A stretch of 64,000 nucleotides of DNA. Origin: Alphaproteobacteria bacterium. GTDB lineage: Bacteria > Pseudomonadota > Alphaproteobacteria > Rickettsiales > JABCZZ01. The translations under genes were made by a program, and so were the position numbers. Below, piece after piece: positions 1-9,303 of this stretch. The stretch covers positions 17,857 through 81,856 of the forward strand of contig JABDAT010000002.1 of the NCBI GenBank assembly GCA_013288985.1. Reading direction: 5' to 3'. How positions within the stretch are numbered: the stretch's first letter is position 1; each line of letters starts with the position of its first letter. The notes under the pieces are model-generated. The model was not told the origin of the DNA. It was given only the letters and a program-made list of their open reading frames with translations, and did no database searches.

Positions 1-693
1 GCGATTACAAAATTAGTGACTGATAAGACCTGCGCCATTCTCGTCGAACCCATTCAAGGTGAAGGCGGTATTACGCCTGCAAAACCAGGCTATTTAAAGC
101 TCCTGCGCACTTTATGCGATAAAGTGGGCGCGCTTCTTATGTTTGATGAAGTGCAATCAGGCATGATGCGTACTGGTAAATTATTTGCCTACCAGCATGA
201 GAAAGGCGTTGTTCCTGATGTGGTGTCGATGGCCAAGGGCTTGGGCGGCGGTTTTCCTATAGGGGCTATACTTGTTGGCCTTAAGGCTGCGGATACTTTC
301 CAGTATGGTTCGCATGGCAGCACCTTTGGCGGCAATCCTATGGCAACGGCTGTGGCGGGAACAGTTATCAAGAAACTGCAATCCAAAGCGCTTATTAAAA
401 ATGTGGAAACACGTGGTAAGGAATTGCGGACAGCATTGGCTGCCATTAATAAGGAATTTAAGATATTTAAGGAAATTCGCGGGCGCGGCCTGATGATTGG
501 CGCGGAGCTGCGGGATAATTTGCAGGGCAAAGCCGGTGATATTATAGAGGTGGCGCGTGAACATGGACTTTTGATACTGCAAGCCGGCCCTAATGTGCTG
601 CGCCTCATGCCTCCGCTTACTGTAACCGAAAAAGAATTGAAGTTAGGTATAAAGCGCCTAAGGGAATCATTTAGGGCATATTTACAGTATTGA
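1..693 (+). CDS. astC: Class-III PLP aminotransferase (succinylornithine/acetylornithine aminotransferase), C-terminal part; 5' end lies outside the window
   Basis: The frame is open from nt 1 (AITKL precedes the tracked start). Motifs ILVEPIQGEGG, FDEVQSGMMRTGKLFAY and SMAKGLGGGFPIGA. Lies upstream of astA-astD-astB. Confidence 0.9.
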   Translation, partial: AITKLVTDKTCAILVEPIQGEGGITPAKPGYLKLLRTLCDKVGALLMFDEVQSGMMRTGKLFAYQHEKGVVPDVVSMAKGLGGGFPIGAILVGLKAADTFQYGSHGSTFGGNPMATAVAGTVIKKLQSKALIKNVETRGKELRTALAAINKEFKIFKEIRGRGLMIGAELRDNLQGKAGDIIEVAREHGLLILQAGPNVLRLMPPLTVTEKELKLGIKRLRESFRAYLQY

Positions 694-695
694 CT

Positions 696-726
696 GCCAT
701 AATCCATTATGGCATAATAAGCCATA
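696..726. promoter_or_regulatory. Inverted-repeat cluster GCCATAAT-cc-ATTATGGC-ataataa-GCCATA abutting the vapB-like start codon; candidate antitoxin operator
   Basis: Read directly: 696-703 GCCATAAT, 706-713 ATTATGGC (perfect 8-bp arms, 2-nt spacer), 721-726 GCCATA. The same 8-bp arms recur at 49014-49035 upstream of the second TA module. Confidence 0.4.
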
Positions 727-932
727 TGTTGGACACACGCAAAGTTACTGTGCATTTGCCCCAAGAATTGCTTGATACCGCAATGGAAGAAACCGGCAAA
801 GGCGTCACCGAAACCATACGTGAAGGTTTGAAACGCCTTGCGCATGAGCGCGCGTATAAAGGATTACTGGCATTACAGGGTAAGGTAAAACCGAAATATT
901 CATTGGAAACCTTACGCTACGATAGAGAATGA
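726..932 (+). CDS. vapB: Ribbon-helix-helix (CopG/VapB-like) antitoxin
   Basis: ATG at 726 gives MLDTRKVTVHLPQELLDTAMEETGKGVTETIREGLKRL, an RHH-like N-terminus. Its stop overlaps the start of the downstream PIN gene (ATGA at 929-932). Confidence 0.6.
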   Translation: MLDTRKVTVHLPQELLDTAMEETGKGVTETIREGLKRLAHERAYKGLLALQGKVKPKYSLETLRYDRE

Positions 933-1309
933 TTGGGGCAGACAGTTCTTCCATTATTGCGTTTTTTGTTGGCGAGGAATCGGCAGACACAAAGGCAATT
1001 AAGCATGCAATTGAATCTTCTGAACTTATTTTGCCGCCGATAGTCGTTACAGAATTACTTAGTGACCCTGTAATCAGTGCAAAGGCTGAGTTGTTTATAC
1101 TTGGACTGCCCGTTCTAGAAATTCATGAAGGATTTTGGCAGCGTGCAGCAAAAACAAGAAGGTTATTGCTTGGGCGTCGCCTAAAAGCAAGGCTTGCGGA
1201 TGCATTTATAGCTCAATCTTGTATTGATAGCCATGTGCCGCTTATCACGCGTGACAAAGATTTTAGGCATTATGCCAAATATTGTGGATTGAAGTTATAC
1301 CATGCTTAG
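929..1309 (+). CDS. vapC: PIN-domain ribonuclease toxin (VapC-like)
   Basis: 126 aa with an N-terminal acidic residue (MIGADSS), TELLSD and a C-terminal ITRDKDF, the pattern of PIN acidic residues. Coupled to the upstream small antitoxin. Confidence 0.75.
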   Translation: MIGADSSSIIAFFVGEESADTKAIKHAIESSELILPPIVVTELLSDPVISAKAELFILGLPVLEIHEGFWQRAAKTRRLLLGRRLKARLADAFIAQSCIDSHVPLITRDKDFRHYAKYCGLKLYHA

Positions 1310-2309
1310 AGTCAGGCCCGTACAATTAGGTGATCATGCAGAAATACTGGCGCTCGCCAAGATTGCCGGCATCGGCATGTCGTCACTACCCCATGCCGCC
1401 GATATATTGCATGAAAAAATACAAAATGCAGTGCACAGTTTCGAAGGCAATCCCATTCATCCAAGGCAGGAAAATTTTCTCTTTGTGCTTGAGGATATGG
1501 AGAAGAAGCGCTTAGCAGGCACCGCGGGTATTGTGGCGCATGTAGGGCTGACGCGGCCGTTCTACTCTTATAAACTGTCTACCATTACGCAAGCTTCGGC
1601 GGGGTTGAGTATCTATTCGCTCCACCAGGTGCTACATATGGTAAACGACTATACCGATGCAACCGAGATAGGATCATTATTCCTGCATCCCGATTATCGC
1701 CGTGATGGCATCGGCAAATTGCTTTCCCGCAGCCGCTATTTGATTATGGCGGAATTTCCGCAACTTTTTTCTGCGATAGTGATTTCGGAAATACGCGGCG
1801 TGCAGGATAAAGATGGGAATTCACCGTTCTATGACAATCTTGCCAAGCATTTTTTCCAGATGGGATTTAAAGAGGCTGATTATATATATGCAACGCAGGG
1901 CGCGCAGTTTATTGCGGATCTGATGCCGCGCTATCCCATTTATGTGAATCTGCTTGCGCCCGAAGTGCAGGCAATTGTTGGGGTGCCTTTGGAAGCCTCT
2001 AAACCCGCCCTGGCATTGCTTAAGGCTGAAGGATTCCACTATGAAGGCTATGTGGATTTGTTTGATGCTGGTCCTACAGTGCAGGCTGAGCGGGTGAATA
2101 TACGCACTGTACGCAAAAGTGTTAATGCAGAAGTGAAAGCGATTCGCAAAACATCCTCTGAGCCTACTATGATTTGCAATACGCGTTTAAAAGATTTCAC
2201 GATTGCTTTTGGCAGTGTTGAAAAAGAAGGTGAGGGAATTGCCATTACACCGGAAACAGCAAAAATTATTGGAGTCGATATAGGGGATAAGGTGCGTTAT
2301 GCATCATAA
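1302..2309 (+). CDS. astA: Arginine N-succinyltransferase
   Basis: Collinear similarity to AstA along its full length (RPV..., FVLED, LFLHPDYRRDGIGKLLSRSRYL, FIADLMPRYPIY, LLKAEGFHYEGYVDLFDAGPT). Confidence 0.85.
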   Translation: MLRVRPVQLGDHAEILALAKIAGIGMSSLPHAADILHEKIQNAVHSFEGNPIHPRQENFLFVLEDMEKKRLAGTAGIVAHVGLTRPFYSYKLSTITQASAGLSIYSLHQVLHMVNDYTDATEIGSLFLHPDYRRDGIGKLLSRSRYLIMAEFPQLFSAIVISEIRGVQDKDGNSPFYDNLAKHFFQMGFKEADYIYATQGAQFIADLMPRYPIYVNLLAPEVQAIVGVPLEASKPALALLKAEGFHYEGYVDLFDAGPTVQAERVNIRTVRKSVNAEVKAIRKTSSEPTMICNTRLKDFTIAFGSVEKEGEGIAITPETAKIIGVDIGDKVRYAS

Positions 2310-2321
2310 AAAGGGAAAAAT

Positions 2322-3791
2322 ATGAATCATGGCATGCAGTATATTAATGGGAAGTGGCAGGTGGGAAATGGTGCGATATTTACTTCGCTTAATCCTGCAA
2401 CAGGACTTGTGATCTGGCAAGGGCACGCCGCCTCTGCACAGGATATTGATGCTGCATTTCTTGCCGCGCGCAAGGCATTTGCTTCATGGTCAATGACCGC
2501 GCTTGATGAACGGATAGCCATTTTAAAAAAGTTTCAATCTGTCCTTGAAACCCGCAAAGAATCGCTTGCTGTAACATTGGCACAGGAAACCGGTAAAATA
2601 TTGTGGGATGCACGCACGGAAATCGGCGCCATGATTGGCAAGCTCAATTTTTGCCTTCAGGCCTATCATGAACGTACCGGTGAAAAATTTGGTGATGCTC
2701 AGGGATTTAAAACCGCATTGCGTCATAAACCGCACGGGGTAGTAGCAGTATATGGCCCCTATAATTTTCCAGCGCACCTGCCCAATGGCCATATTATTCC
2801 GGCACTCCTTGCTGGTAATGCTGTCGTATTTAAACCCAGTGAACTCTCACCCCTGGTAGCGGAGAAAACACTTGAATGCTGGCATGAAGCGGGGTTGCCT
2901 GCCGGTGTGGTGAATTTGGTGCAAGGTGAGCGTGAGACTGGCAAGTTACTGGCGGCACATGCTGAATTAGACGGTGTATTTTTTACCGGCAGCAGCGATA
3001 CCGGACAGATTCTTCATAAGCAATTCGCCGGCACGCCCCACAAAATCCTGGCGCTTGAACTGGGCGGCAATAATCCGCTGGTGGTGCATAATGTTACTGA
3101 TGCGAAGGCGGCCGCATATTGGACGGTTCAGTCGGCCTACATGACTTCTGGCCAGCGCTGTACCTGCGCGCGCCGCCTTATTGTGCCCGAAGGTAAAGCC
3201 AATGATGCGTTCATTGAAACCCTCATTGCTATGATAAACTCTATTAAGGTGGGCAACTATGATGATACGCCAGAGCCTTATATGGGGCCGCTTATTTCCA
3301 ATAAAGAGGCTGATAAACTGATTGCAGCGCAGGACGAGTTCATTGAAGCGGGTGCAAAGCCGCTGGTGAAAATGCAAAGGCTGCATGATACGCTGCCCTT
3401 TCTTTCACCTTCCTTGCTTGATGTAACTTCAATTGAGAATAGACCAGATAAAGAATGGTTCGGCCCTTTATTACAGCTCATTCGTGTGTCCAATATGGAA
3501 GCCGCTATACAAGAAGCTAATAATACAAAGTTTGGACTCTCCTCTGGCATCTTTACCGATAAACGCGAATATTATGAAGCTTTTCTTGCGCGTGTGCGGG
3601 CAGGTGTAGTGAACTGGAATCGTCCATTGACAGGATCGAGTGCCAATTTGCCATTTGGTGGGGTAGGGTTAAGTGGTAATCATCGCCCGGCGGCGTATTA
3701 TTCAGCAGATTATTGCGCTTACCCCGTTTCTTCCAATGAAGCGGAGAAAGTAGTGATTCCTGATAAACCATCTCCGGGTCTCAGTGTGTGA
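2322..3791 (+). CDS. astD: Succinylglutamate-semialdehyde dehydrogenase (aldehyde dehydrogenase family)
   Basis: 489 aa with ALDH motifs (FKPSELSP, ELGGNNP, catalytic Cys context GQRCTCARR). Lies between astA and astB. Confidence 0.9.
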   Translation: MNHGMQYINGKWQVGNGAIFTSLNPATGLVIWQGHAASAQDIDAAFLAARKAFASWSMTALDERIAILKKFQSVLETRKESLAVTLAQETGKILWDARTEIGAMIGKLNFCLQAYHERTGEKFGDAQGFKTALRHKPHGVVAVYGPYNFPAHLPNGHIIPALLAGNAVVFKPSELSPLVAEKTLECWHEAGLPAGVVNLVQGERETGKLLAAHAELDGVFFTGSSDTGQILHKQFAGTPHKILALELGGNNPLVVHNVTDAKAAAYWTVQSAYMTSGQRCTCARRLIVPEGKANDAFIETLIAMINSIKVGNYDDTPEPYMGPLISNKEADKLIAAQDEFIEAGAKPLVKMQRLHDTLPFLSPSLLDVTSIENRPDKEWFGPLLQLIRVSNMEAAIQEANNTKFGLSSGIFTDKREYYEAFLARVRAGVVNWNRPLTGSSANLPFGGVGLSGNHRPAAYYSADYCAYPVSSNEAEKVVIPDKPSPGLSV

Positions 3792-5032
3792 ATGCTATAG
3801 AAGCCAACATAGACGGCCTGATAGGTCCTACCCATAATTATGCGGGCCTGTCGTTTGGCAATGTAGCTTCCGCAAAACATGCTTTATCTGTATCCAATCC
3901 CAAGCAGGCAGCGCTTCAGGGCTTGCGCAAAATGAAATTCCTGAGCGATATGGGGATTGCCCAGATGGTTATGCCGCCGCAGCCACGTCCCGATTGGCAG
4001 GCATTACAGCAATTAGGCTTTAACTCACTGGATACTGTTCCAGATTCATTACTTCATTCATTTTATTCGGCCTCTTCCATGTGGGCAGCTAATGCTGCAA
4101 CGATTTCTCCGAGTAGCGATACGGCAGATGGTAAAGTGCATATTACTCCTGCCAATTTAATCAGCAAACTTCATCGTTCTATTGAAGCAGCCACTACAGC
4201 ACATTATTTAAAACAGATATTTCCTGGTCCGCATTTTGTTCATCACCCACCATTGCCAGCGCAGGCTTCGTTTGCCGATGAAGGCGCTGCTAATCACATG
4301 CGTCTATGTTCGTCTCATGCCGCAAAAGGCACGGAAATATTTGTTTACGGAGGGAAAAGCGTAAAATATCCGGCGAGACAAACATTGGTTGCATCAGAAG
4401 CAATCGCAAGGCTGCATTCTCTTGATCCGCAAAACGCTGTTTTTTTATGCCAGAGTCCACAAGCCATAGACGCAGGCGTATTCCATAATGATGTCATTGC
4501 AATGAGCAATGAGCGATTATTTATTTATCATGAGAAAGCTTACGAAGGATTTCATGGCAAACTGGATGCGGGATATATAGTAGTAAAAATAAGTGAAAAA
4601 GAATTGCCCATCCATGATGCCGTTGGCACCTACTTCTTTAATTCCCAACTCATAACGCTTCCAAAGGGCGGCATGGTGGTAATTGCACCTAAAGAATGTG
4701 AAGAAAACACTAAAGCAAAAATTTGTTTTGATAGATTAATAACGCAAGGTCATATAAAGGCAGTGCATTATCTGGATGTTCGCGAGAGTATGAAAAATGG
4801 CGGTGGTCCTGCATGTCTGCGACTGCGCGTTGTGCTCAATAAAAATGAACGGCAAGCTGTGATTCCTTCGATATGGTTGCATGAAAATCTATATGATCAA
4901 CTTTGCCGATGGATTGAAAAAAATTATCGTGATAGAATCACGCCAGAGGATCTGCGTGATCCAAGTCTTGCCGAAGAGTCACAACGTGCATTAAATGAGT
5001 TGTCGGACATACTAAAAATAAATATACCATAA
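3788..5032 (+). CDS. astB: N-succinylarginine dihydrolase
   Basis: N-terminus NIDGLIGPTHNYAGLSFGNVAS and C-terminal GGGPACLRLRVVL are typical of AstB. GTG start overlaps the astD stop (GTGA). Confidence 0.9.
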   Translation: MNAIEANIDGLIGPTHNYAGLSFGNVASAKHALSVSNPKQAALQGLRKMKFLSDMGIAQMVMPPQPRPDWQALQQLGFNSLDTVPDSLLHSFYSASSMWAANAATISPSSDTADGKVHITPANLISKLHRSIEAATTAHYLKQIFPGPHFVHHPPLPAQASFADEGAANHMRLCSSHAAKGTEIFVYGGKSVKYPARQTLVASEAIARLHSLDPQNAVFLCQSPQAIDAGVFHNDVIAMSNERLFIYHEKAYEGFHGKLDAGYIVVKISEKELPIHDAVGTYFFNSQLITLPKGGMVVIAPKECEENTKAKICFDRLITQGHIKAVHYLDVRESMKNGGGPACLRLRVVLNKNERQAVIPSIWLHENLYDQLCRWIEKNYRDRITPEDLRDPSLAEESQRALNELSDILKINIP

Positions 5033-5050
5033 GATAAATGTGGGAACTGC

Positions 5051-6112
5051 ATGCAGTCTGAGAAATCGCAATCGGCTTTTAATCTTCCTTATAACCAGTC
5101 CCATTACTACTGGCTGGCGGTATTCCCTTTGAGTGATAATACAGCATTGCAGAGCGACCTTATTGCAAGCGGCATGCAAATTGTGCCTGCTTTGGGCAAT
5201 GCCTTTATAATGCGTCTTGCTCATCCTTGGGACGCCGCATGGAAAGCTGTACGCGAAATATTAGCAAAGCATGAAGCTGAACAACAGGTTGAGATTGCTT
5301 TAATTCCGGCTGAAGCCCAGCCTGGTTTTGAAGAATTCAGCTATGCCCGCAAATCCGTGGCTGCAATCAATTTCCTGGCAGATAGTTTATGGCTTGGAAA
5401 TGCTATGATTGAAGATCGCGTGGTATCATACATGCAGCCGGTGCTTGATAAGCGCGGCAAAGTCTTTGGCTATGAAGCATTTGCCAGGGTGGAAACGGAC
5501 AAGGAGCCTATTGGCGGCGGCAAGATAATTGAAGCGAGCAGGGGGCTTAGTGCTGAATATATTCTCGACAGGCACCTCCATGTAAAGGCAATTACTTCTT
5601 TTATAGATAGTGATTTAGAAGGATTTCTTTTTATTAATTTTGTGCCGGGATTCATTCACCGCCCAGAGAAATATCTCGAGGGTCTTACTGAAGCGGCAAA
5701 ATATAATGGCATGCCTGCAAAGCAAATCGTACTTGATTTTACTCAATCGGAAGCGCCCCGCGATATTATGCATATGAAAGCAATTTTTGATTATTGCCGA
5801 TCCAAAGGGTATTCATTGTCTTTGGATGATATTTCCTCTGTGGCAATTGCCAAGAAAATTCTTGAAACAATTAGACCGGATTTTATTAAACTTGATATTA
5901 ATCTGGTCCGTGGCGCGCAGGGAATAGCAGAACAAAAAATTATAAAAGAATTGGTCCATATGGCCCATGCATCGGGGGTTACAATTCTTGCCGAAGGTGT
6001 TGAAACTGAAGCGGTTCATCGTGAATTGCTTAAGGTGGATGTGGACCTTTTTCAGGGGTATCTTTTTTCGCCTCCGGTAGCGGTTTCAACGCTCAAAAAA
6101 GCAGTCGGATAA
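5051..6112 (+). CDS. EAL-domain protein (putative c-di-GMP phosphodiesterase) with an unrecognised N-terminal domain of about 120 aa
   Basis: EAL-domain landmarks in order: YMQPVLD...GYEAFAR, FINFVPG, SLDDISS, IKLDINLV, LAEGVETE, FQGYLFSPP. Confidence 0.85.
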   Translation: MQSEKSQSAFNLPYNQSHYYWLAVFPLSDNTALQSDLIASGMQIVPALGNAFIMRLAHPWDAAWKAVREILAKHEAEQQVEIALIPAEAQPGFEEFSYARKSVAAINFLADSLWLGNAMIEDRVVSYMQPVLDKRGKVFGYEAFARVETDKEPIGGGKIIEASRGLSAEYILDRHLHVKAITSFIDSDLEGFLFINFVPGFIHRPEKYLEGLTEAAKYNGMPAKQIVLDFTQSEAPRDIMHMKAIFDYCRSKGYSLSLDDISSVAIAKKILETIRPDFIKLDINLVRGAQGIAEQKIIKELVHMAHASGVTILAEGVETEAVHRELLKVDVDLFQGYLFSPPVAVSTLKKAVG

Positions 6113-6205
6113 TTTTATAACCCCATCTTTTTTGCCGGGAGCGAATGTGCTATAATTGCCACAAATTATGGTAATAAAAATAATAATAAAAGCCATGTGC
6201 AACGC

Positions 6206-6220
6206 TTAACTATTTCTTAA
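6206..6220. promoter_or_regulatory. TTAA-N7-TTAA (CtrA-box-like) motif upstream of cpaB
   Basis: TTAA at 6206-6209, 7-nt spacer ctatttc, TTAA at 6217-6220. The motif ends 52 nt upstream of the cpaB ATG. A chance match is plausible in AT-rich intergenic DNA. Confidence 0.3.
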
Positions 6221-6271
6221 TTATACTTGGCCTATCATTTTCCATGAATAATTTAGTATTACAGTAATATT

Positions 6272-7126
6272 ATGAATGGACGCACACTGATATTGTTGGT
6301 GGTCGCCGTGGTGTTTGCGATAGTGACTGCTGTTGTCGTAAAAAATCGTGCCCAGCCTGTTGCTGTGGGGGGGGCAAAAGTGCTTGTAGCTTCTTCGGAG
6401 ATTGCAGCAGGAACGTTCGTGCATGCAGACAAGCAATTAGCATGGGCGGACTGGGTGCAAAGCAGTATAACGCCATCTTTTATAACCCCTGAAGTTCACA
6501 AGATTGAAGAATTCAACGGTGGAGTTGCCCGCCGCACTATCTTGGTTGGCGAACCCATTACGGCTGCTTCTATTGTTCGCGCTAATGAGGGGGGCTTTAT
6601 GTCCGCCGTATTAACGCCCGGTATGCGCGCAGTTTCCATTGCAGTTACTTTGACTTCCGGCAATGCCGGGTTTATATTTCCTGGTGACAAGGTTGATCTT
6701 ATTTTGACACATAGAATTCCTTTGAAGGATGGCGGTTCGGATGTGCTTGCGAGTGAAACCTTTATTGAAGATGTGCGGGTGCTTGCTATCGACCAGATGC
6801 TGAACAATCCAGATAATAAGGCGGTGGTGGCCAAGACCATCACACTTGAGGTTACCCCAAAGCAGGTTGAAATGATCAATGTGGCGACTAATTTGGGAAC
6901 GATATCGGTTAGTCTGCGCAGCCTTGCAAATAATGCAAGTAAGCAGACCAAGAAAAGTGATGCAGGGCTTGCCAGTTCCGATTTTATCGGCAACCCCGAT
7001 GAAACCTATTCTACCAATAATGATGTAAGCAGGCTCATGGGAGATAAGAGCGAAGTGCGTTCTAAAGTGAGTGTCTATCATGGAAATACTACAGAACAGA
7101 TAGATTTTCATCAGGGGCAGAAATGA
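6272..7126 (+). CDS. cpaB: Flp/Tad pilus assembly protein CpaB/RcpC
   Basis: N-terminal transmembrane (TM) helix (LILLVVAVVFAIVTAVVV) and a SAF-like region. First gene of the cpa/tad cluster. Stop overlaps the cpaC start (ATGA). Confidence 0.85.
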   Translation: MNGRTLILLVVAVVFAIVTAVVVKNRAQPVAVGGAKVLVASSEIAAGTFVHADKQLAWADWVQSSITPSFITPEVHKIEEFNGGVARRTILVGEPITAASIVRANEGGFMSAVLTPGMRAVSIAVTLTSGNAGFIFPGDKVDLILTHRIPLKDGGSDVLASETFIEDVRVLAIDQMLNNPDNKAVVAKTITLEVTPKQVEMINVATNLGTISVSLRSLANNASKQTKKSDAGLASSDFIGNPDETYSTNNDVSRLMGDKSEVRSKVSVYHGNTTEQIDFHQGQK

Positions 7127-8559
7127 ATACTATAATTCGTAATCCCTATATCAATAGCTGCGGAGCATTCATGCTTATGTTTGCCATTGGCTTTGCTTCT
7201 TTCCCAGGAGGCGTGCGCGCAGTGGAGGAAGAGGATGCCATTCAGGAACAAACCTATACTTTAGAAGTAAGTAAAGGCAAGCTGGTGCGTCTGTCTTCAC
7301 CGGCTTCTGCAGTGATTGCCGCTGATCCAACCATAGCGGATGTGCAGGTGGTTTCGCCTTCACTGGTGTATATAAACGGCAAATCAGTTGGTGAGACGAC
7401 GGTATTTGCCGTGGATTCCAAGGACCATGAAATATTGCGGGCGGTAGTAACAGTAACGCACAATATAAGTAAGCTTAACAAAGCACTCAAAGCCATAATA
7501 CCGGATGCAAAAGTGGATTTTCAATCTGTGGATGGTGCGCTGGTTATGAACGGAGAGGTCAGCTCGCCACTGCAGGCAGAAGACATCCGCCGTCTTGCCG
7601 CGCCTTTTGTAAAAGACAAACAGACGCTTATCAATATGTTGCGTCCTCTGGGGTCTAATCAGGTGATGCTTAAGGTAAAAATCGCTGAGGTTAATCGTTC
7701 AACCCTTAAGAATTTTGGTATCAGCCTGCAGAATCTTGCCAGCTCTCAGGGGTTTGTATTTGGCGCGCTTACCGGCCGCACTATACTTGATCCGGCCACC
7801 GGCCTGGTGACCCGTAATGGTACGCAGGACACGCTGAGTGGACAATATAATAATATCAACGGGGTTATTGACGCGCTGGAAGATAATGGTCTTGTAACCA
7901 CGCTTGCTGAACCCACATTGACCACTCAATCGGGCCAGCCGGCAAGCTTCCTGGCGGGTGGCGAATTTCCTGTACCTTCTGTTAGCGGCGCAGGTGGAAC
8001 GGCTCAGATTTCCATTGCCTATCAGCCCTATGGTGTAAGTCTTAACTTTACTCCCGTCGTATTAGCCAAGAATCGTATCAGTCTTACCGTAGCGCCTGAG
8101 GTTAGCTCGCTTTCGCAAACAGGCGCGGTGCAGGATGCAGGCTTTAATATTCCTGCGCTTACTACACGCAAGGCTTCAACGACTGTAGAGCTTGGCAGCG
8201 GGCAAAGCTTCGCCATTGCAGGGTTGCTGGAAAATGATCGCAGTAACGATATTACCAAATTCCCTTTCCTGGGTGACTTGCCCATATTGGGAATGTTATT
8301 CCGTTCCAGCCAGTTTCAACATAACCAGACCGAACTGGTTATTATAGTCACCCCTTATGTTGTAAAAGCGGTTGATGAAGACAAGACTTTGCGTGATCCT
8401 ACGCAGGGACTGGTGATGTCCAGTGACGGCGAGCGCATCTTAATGGGCAAGCTTTATAAAGAGCAGGCACCGGGAACCGATGAAGACGCCGCAGCCCATG
8501 ATAATACTGCTGCTGAATCACCTAAGTTAAACGGGCCGGTAGGGTATATATTAAAATAA
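7123..8559 (+). CDS. cpaC: Tad pilus outer-membrane secretin CpaC/RcpA
   Basis: Signal peptide and a secretin C-domain (LAEPTLTTQSGQPASFLAGGEFPVP, ...GLLENDRSNDITKFPFLGDLPILGMLFRS...ELVIIVTPYVV). Confidence 0.9.
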   Translation: MNTIIRNPYINSCGAFMLMFAIGFASFPGGVRAVEEEDAIQEQTYTLEVSKGKLVRLSSPASAVIAADPTIADVQVVSPSLVYINGKSVGETTVFAVDSKDHEILRAVVTVTHNISKLNKALKAIIPDAKVDFQSVDGALVMNGEVSSPLQAEDIRRLAAPFVKDKQTLINMLRPLGSNQVMLKVKIAEVNRSTLKNFGISLQNLASSQGFVFGALTGRTILDPATGLVTRNGTQDTLSGQYNNINGVIDALEDNGLVTTLAEPTLTTQSGQPASFLAGGEFPVPSVSGAGGTAQISIAYQPYGVSLNFTPVVLAKNRISLTVAPEVSSLSQTGAVQDAGFNIPALTTRKASTTVELGSGQSFAIAGLLENDRSNDITKFPFLGDLPILGMLFRSSQFQHNQTELVIIVTPYVVKAVDEDKTLRDPTQGLVMSSDGERILMGKLYKEQAPGTDEDAAAHDNTAAESPKLNGPVGYILK

Positions 8560-8576
8560 CATCAGGGGCATTGTTC

Positions 8577-9281
8577 ATGCTAATGCAGGAATTTAAGAAA
8601 ATAATAGCCATACTATTGCCTGTGTTTGCTTCTGTAGTGCTTGCGTCATGCAATGCGCCGCAGCCTGAATTTGCCCGTGTTAAAACAGAGCTGCTTTCGC
8701 ATCCGGTTGTGTATGAAGAACATGCAAAGCATCTTACCGATACGGAATTTAACGCGCTGCGCATATTTGTGCAATCCTTGCCATCTGCTGGCATCTCCTA
8801 TGTGGGACTTATGACGGATGATATGAATTCAGAGGCTGAGCAGCATGCAGAACAGATAAAAAAATATTTGATACATGCAGGAATCGCCCCGGAGGTTATT
8901 CATCTGCAGCAAGCTTTTGGTAGTGATGGACATACAATTATAGTGGCAGTGCAGTATGATAAAATAATTCCTCCTGCTCCTTGTCCAGACTGGAGCAAAA
9001 ATTCAATCGCAAATTATAATAATACGCGTGCGAGTGGCTTCGGCTGTTCTTATGAAAACAATATTGCAGTGCAGCTTACTAATCCCGCTGATCTTGAACA
9101 TGGCAACGGAACTGATAGTATGAGCCCTGTGCGTGACAGTATTTCTGTCCAAAAATACAATGCGGGGATTCCTATGCCTATCGGAAGCATGAGTGCTGGT
9201 ACGCCAAGTTCTTCTGCTGGGGCTGCAACTGCGAATTCAAGTAATGTTTCCAGTCTTGGATCGATTAGCGGCTCCCCATAA
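8577..9281 (+). CDS. cpaD: Pilus assembly lipoprotein CpaD-like
   Basis: Lipobox VVLASC. CpaD-like region CPDWSKNS...GFGCSYENNIAVQLTNPADLEHG. Sits between the secretin and cpaE. Start is uncertain (TTG 8571, ATG 8577 or 8583). Confidence 0.65.
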   Translation: MLMQEFKKIIAILLPVFASVVLASCNAPQPEFARVKTELLSHPVVYEEHAKHLTDTEFNALRIFVQSLPSAGISYVGLMTDDMNSEAEQHAEQIKKYLIHAGIAPEVIHLQQAFGSDGHTIIVAVQYDKIIPPAPCPDWSKNSIANYNNTRASGFGCSYENNIAVQLTNPADLEHGNGTDSMSPVRDSISVQKYNAGIPMPIGSMSAGTPSSSAGAATANSSNVSSLGSISGSP

Positions 9282-9303
9282 TATTTTATGATTTGCACGC
9301 TCG

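Noticed and set aside
189-845. 218-aa minus-strand ORF (plus 181..582) antisense to the aminotransferase gene. Similar long antisense ORFs occur at 6496..6993, 6611..7111, 11415..11816, 12470..12880, 48541..48972 and 53448..53981.
   Set aside because: Each lies entirely opposite a gene with strong family motifs. Their translations are low-complexity or Arg/Ser/Cys-rich with no recognisable motifs. They are shadow ORFs.
6113-6271. Search for a short Flp pilin ORF upstream of cpaB, and in the other gaps of the tad locus.
   Set aside because: Only a 9-codon ATG ORF is present (MCYNCHKLW*), and no G-x4-EY motif appears in any frame that I could read. The absence is reported as a finding rather than calling a gene.
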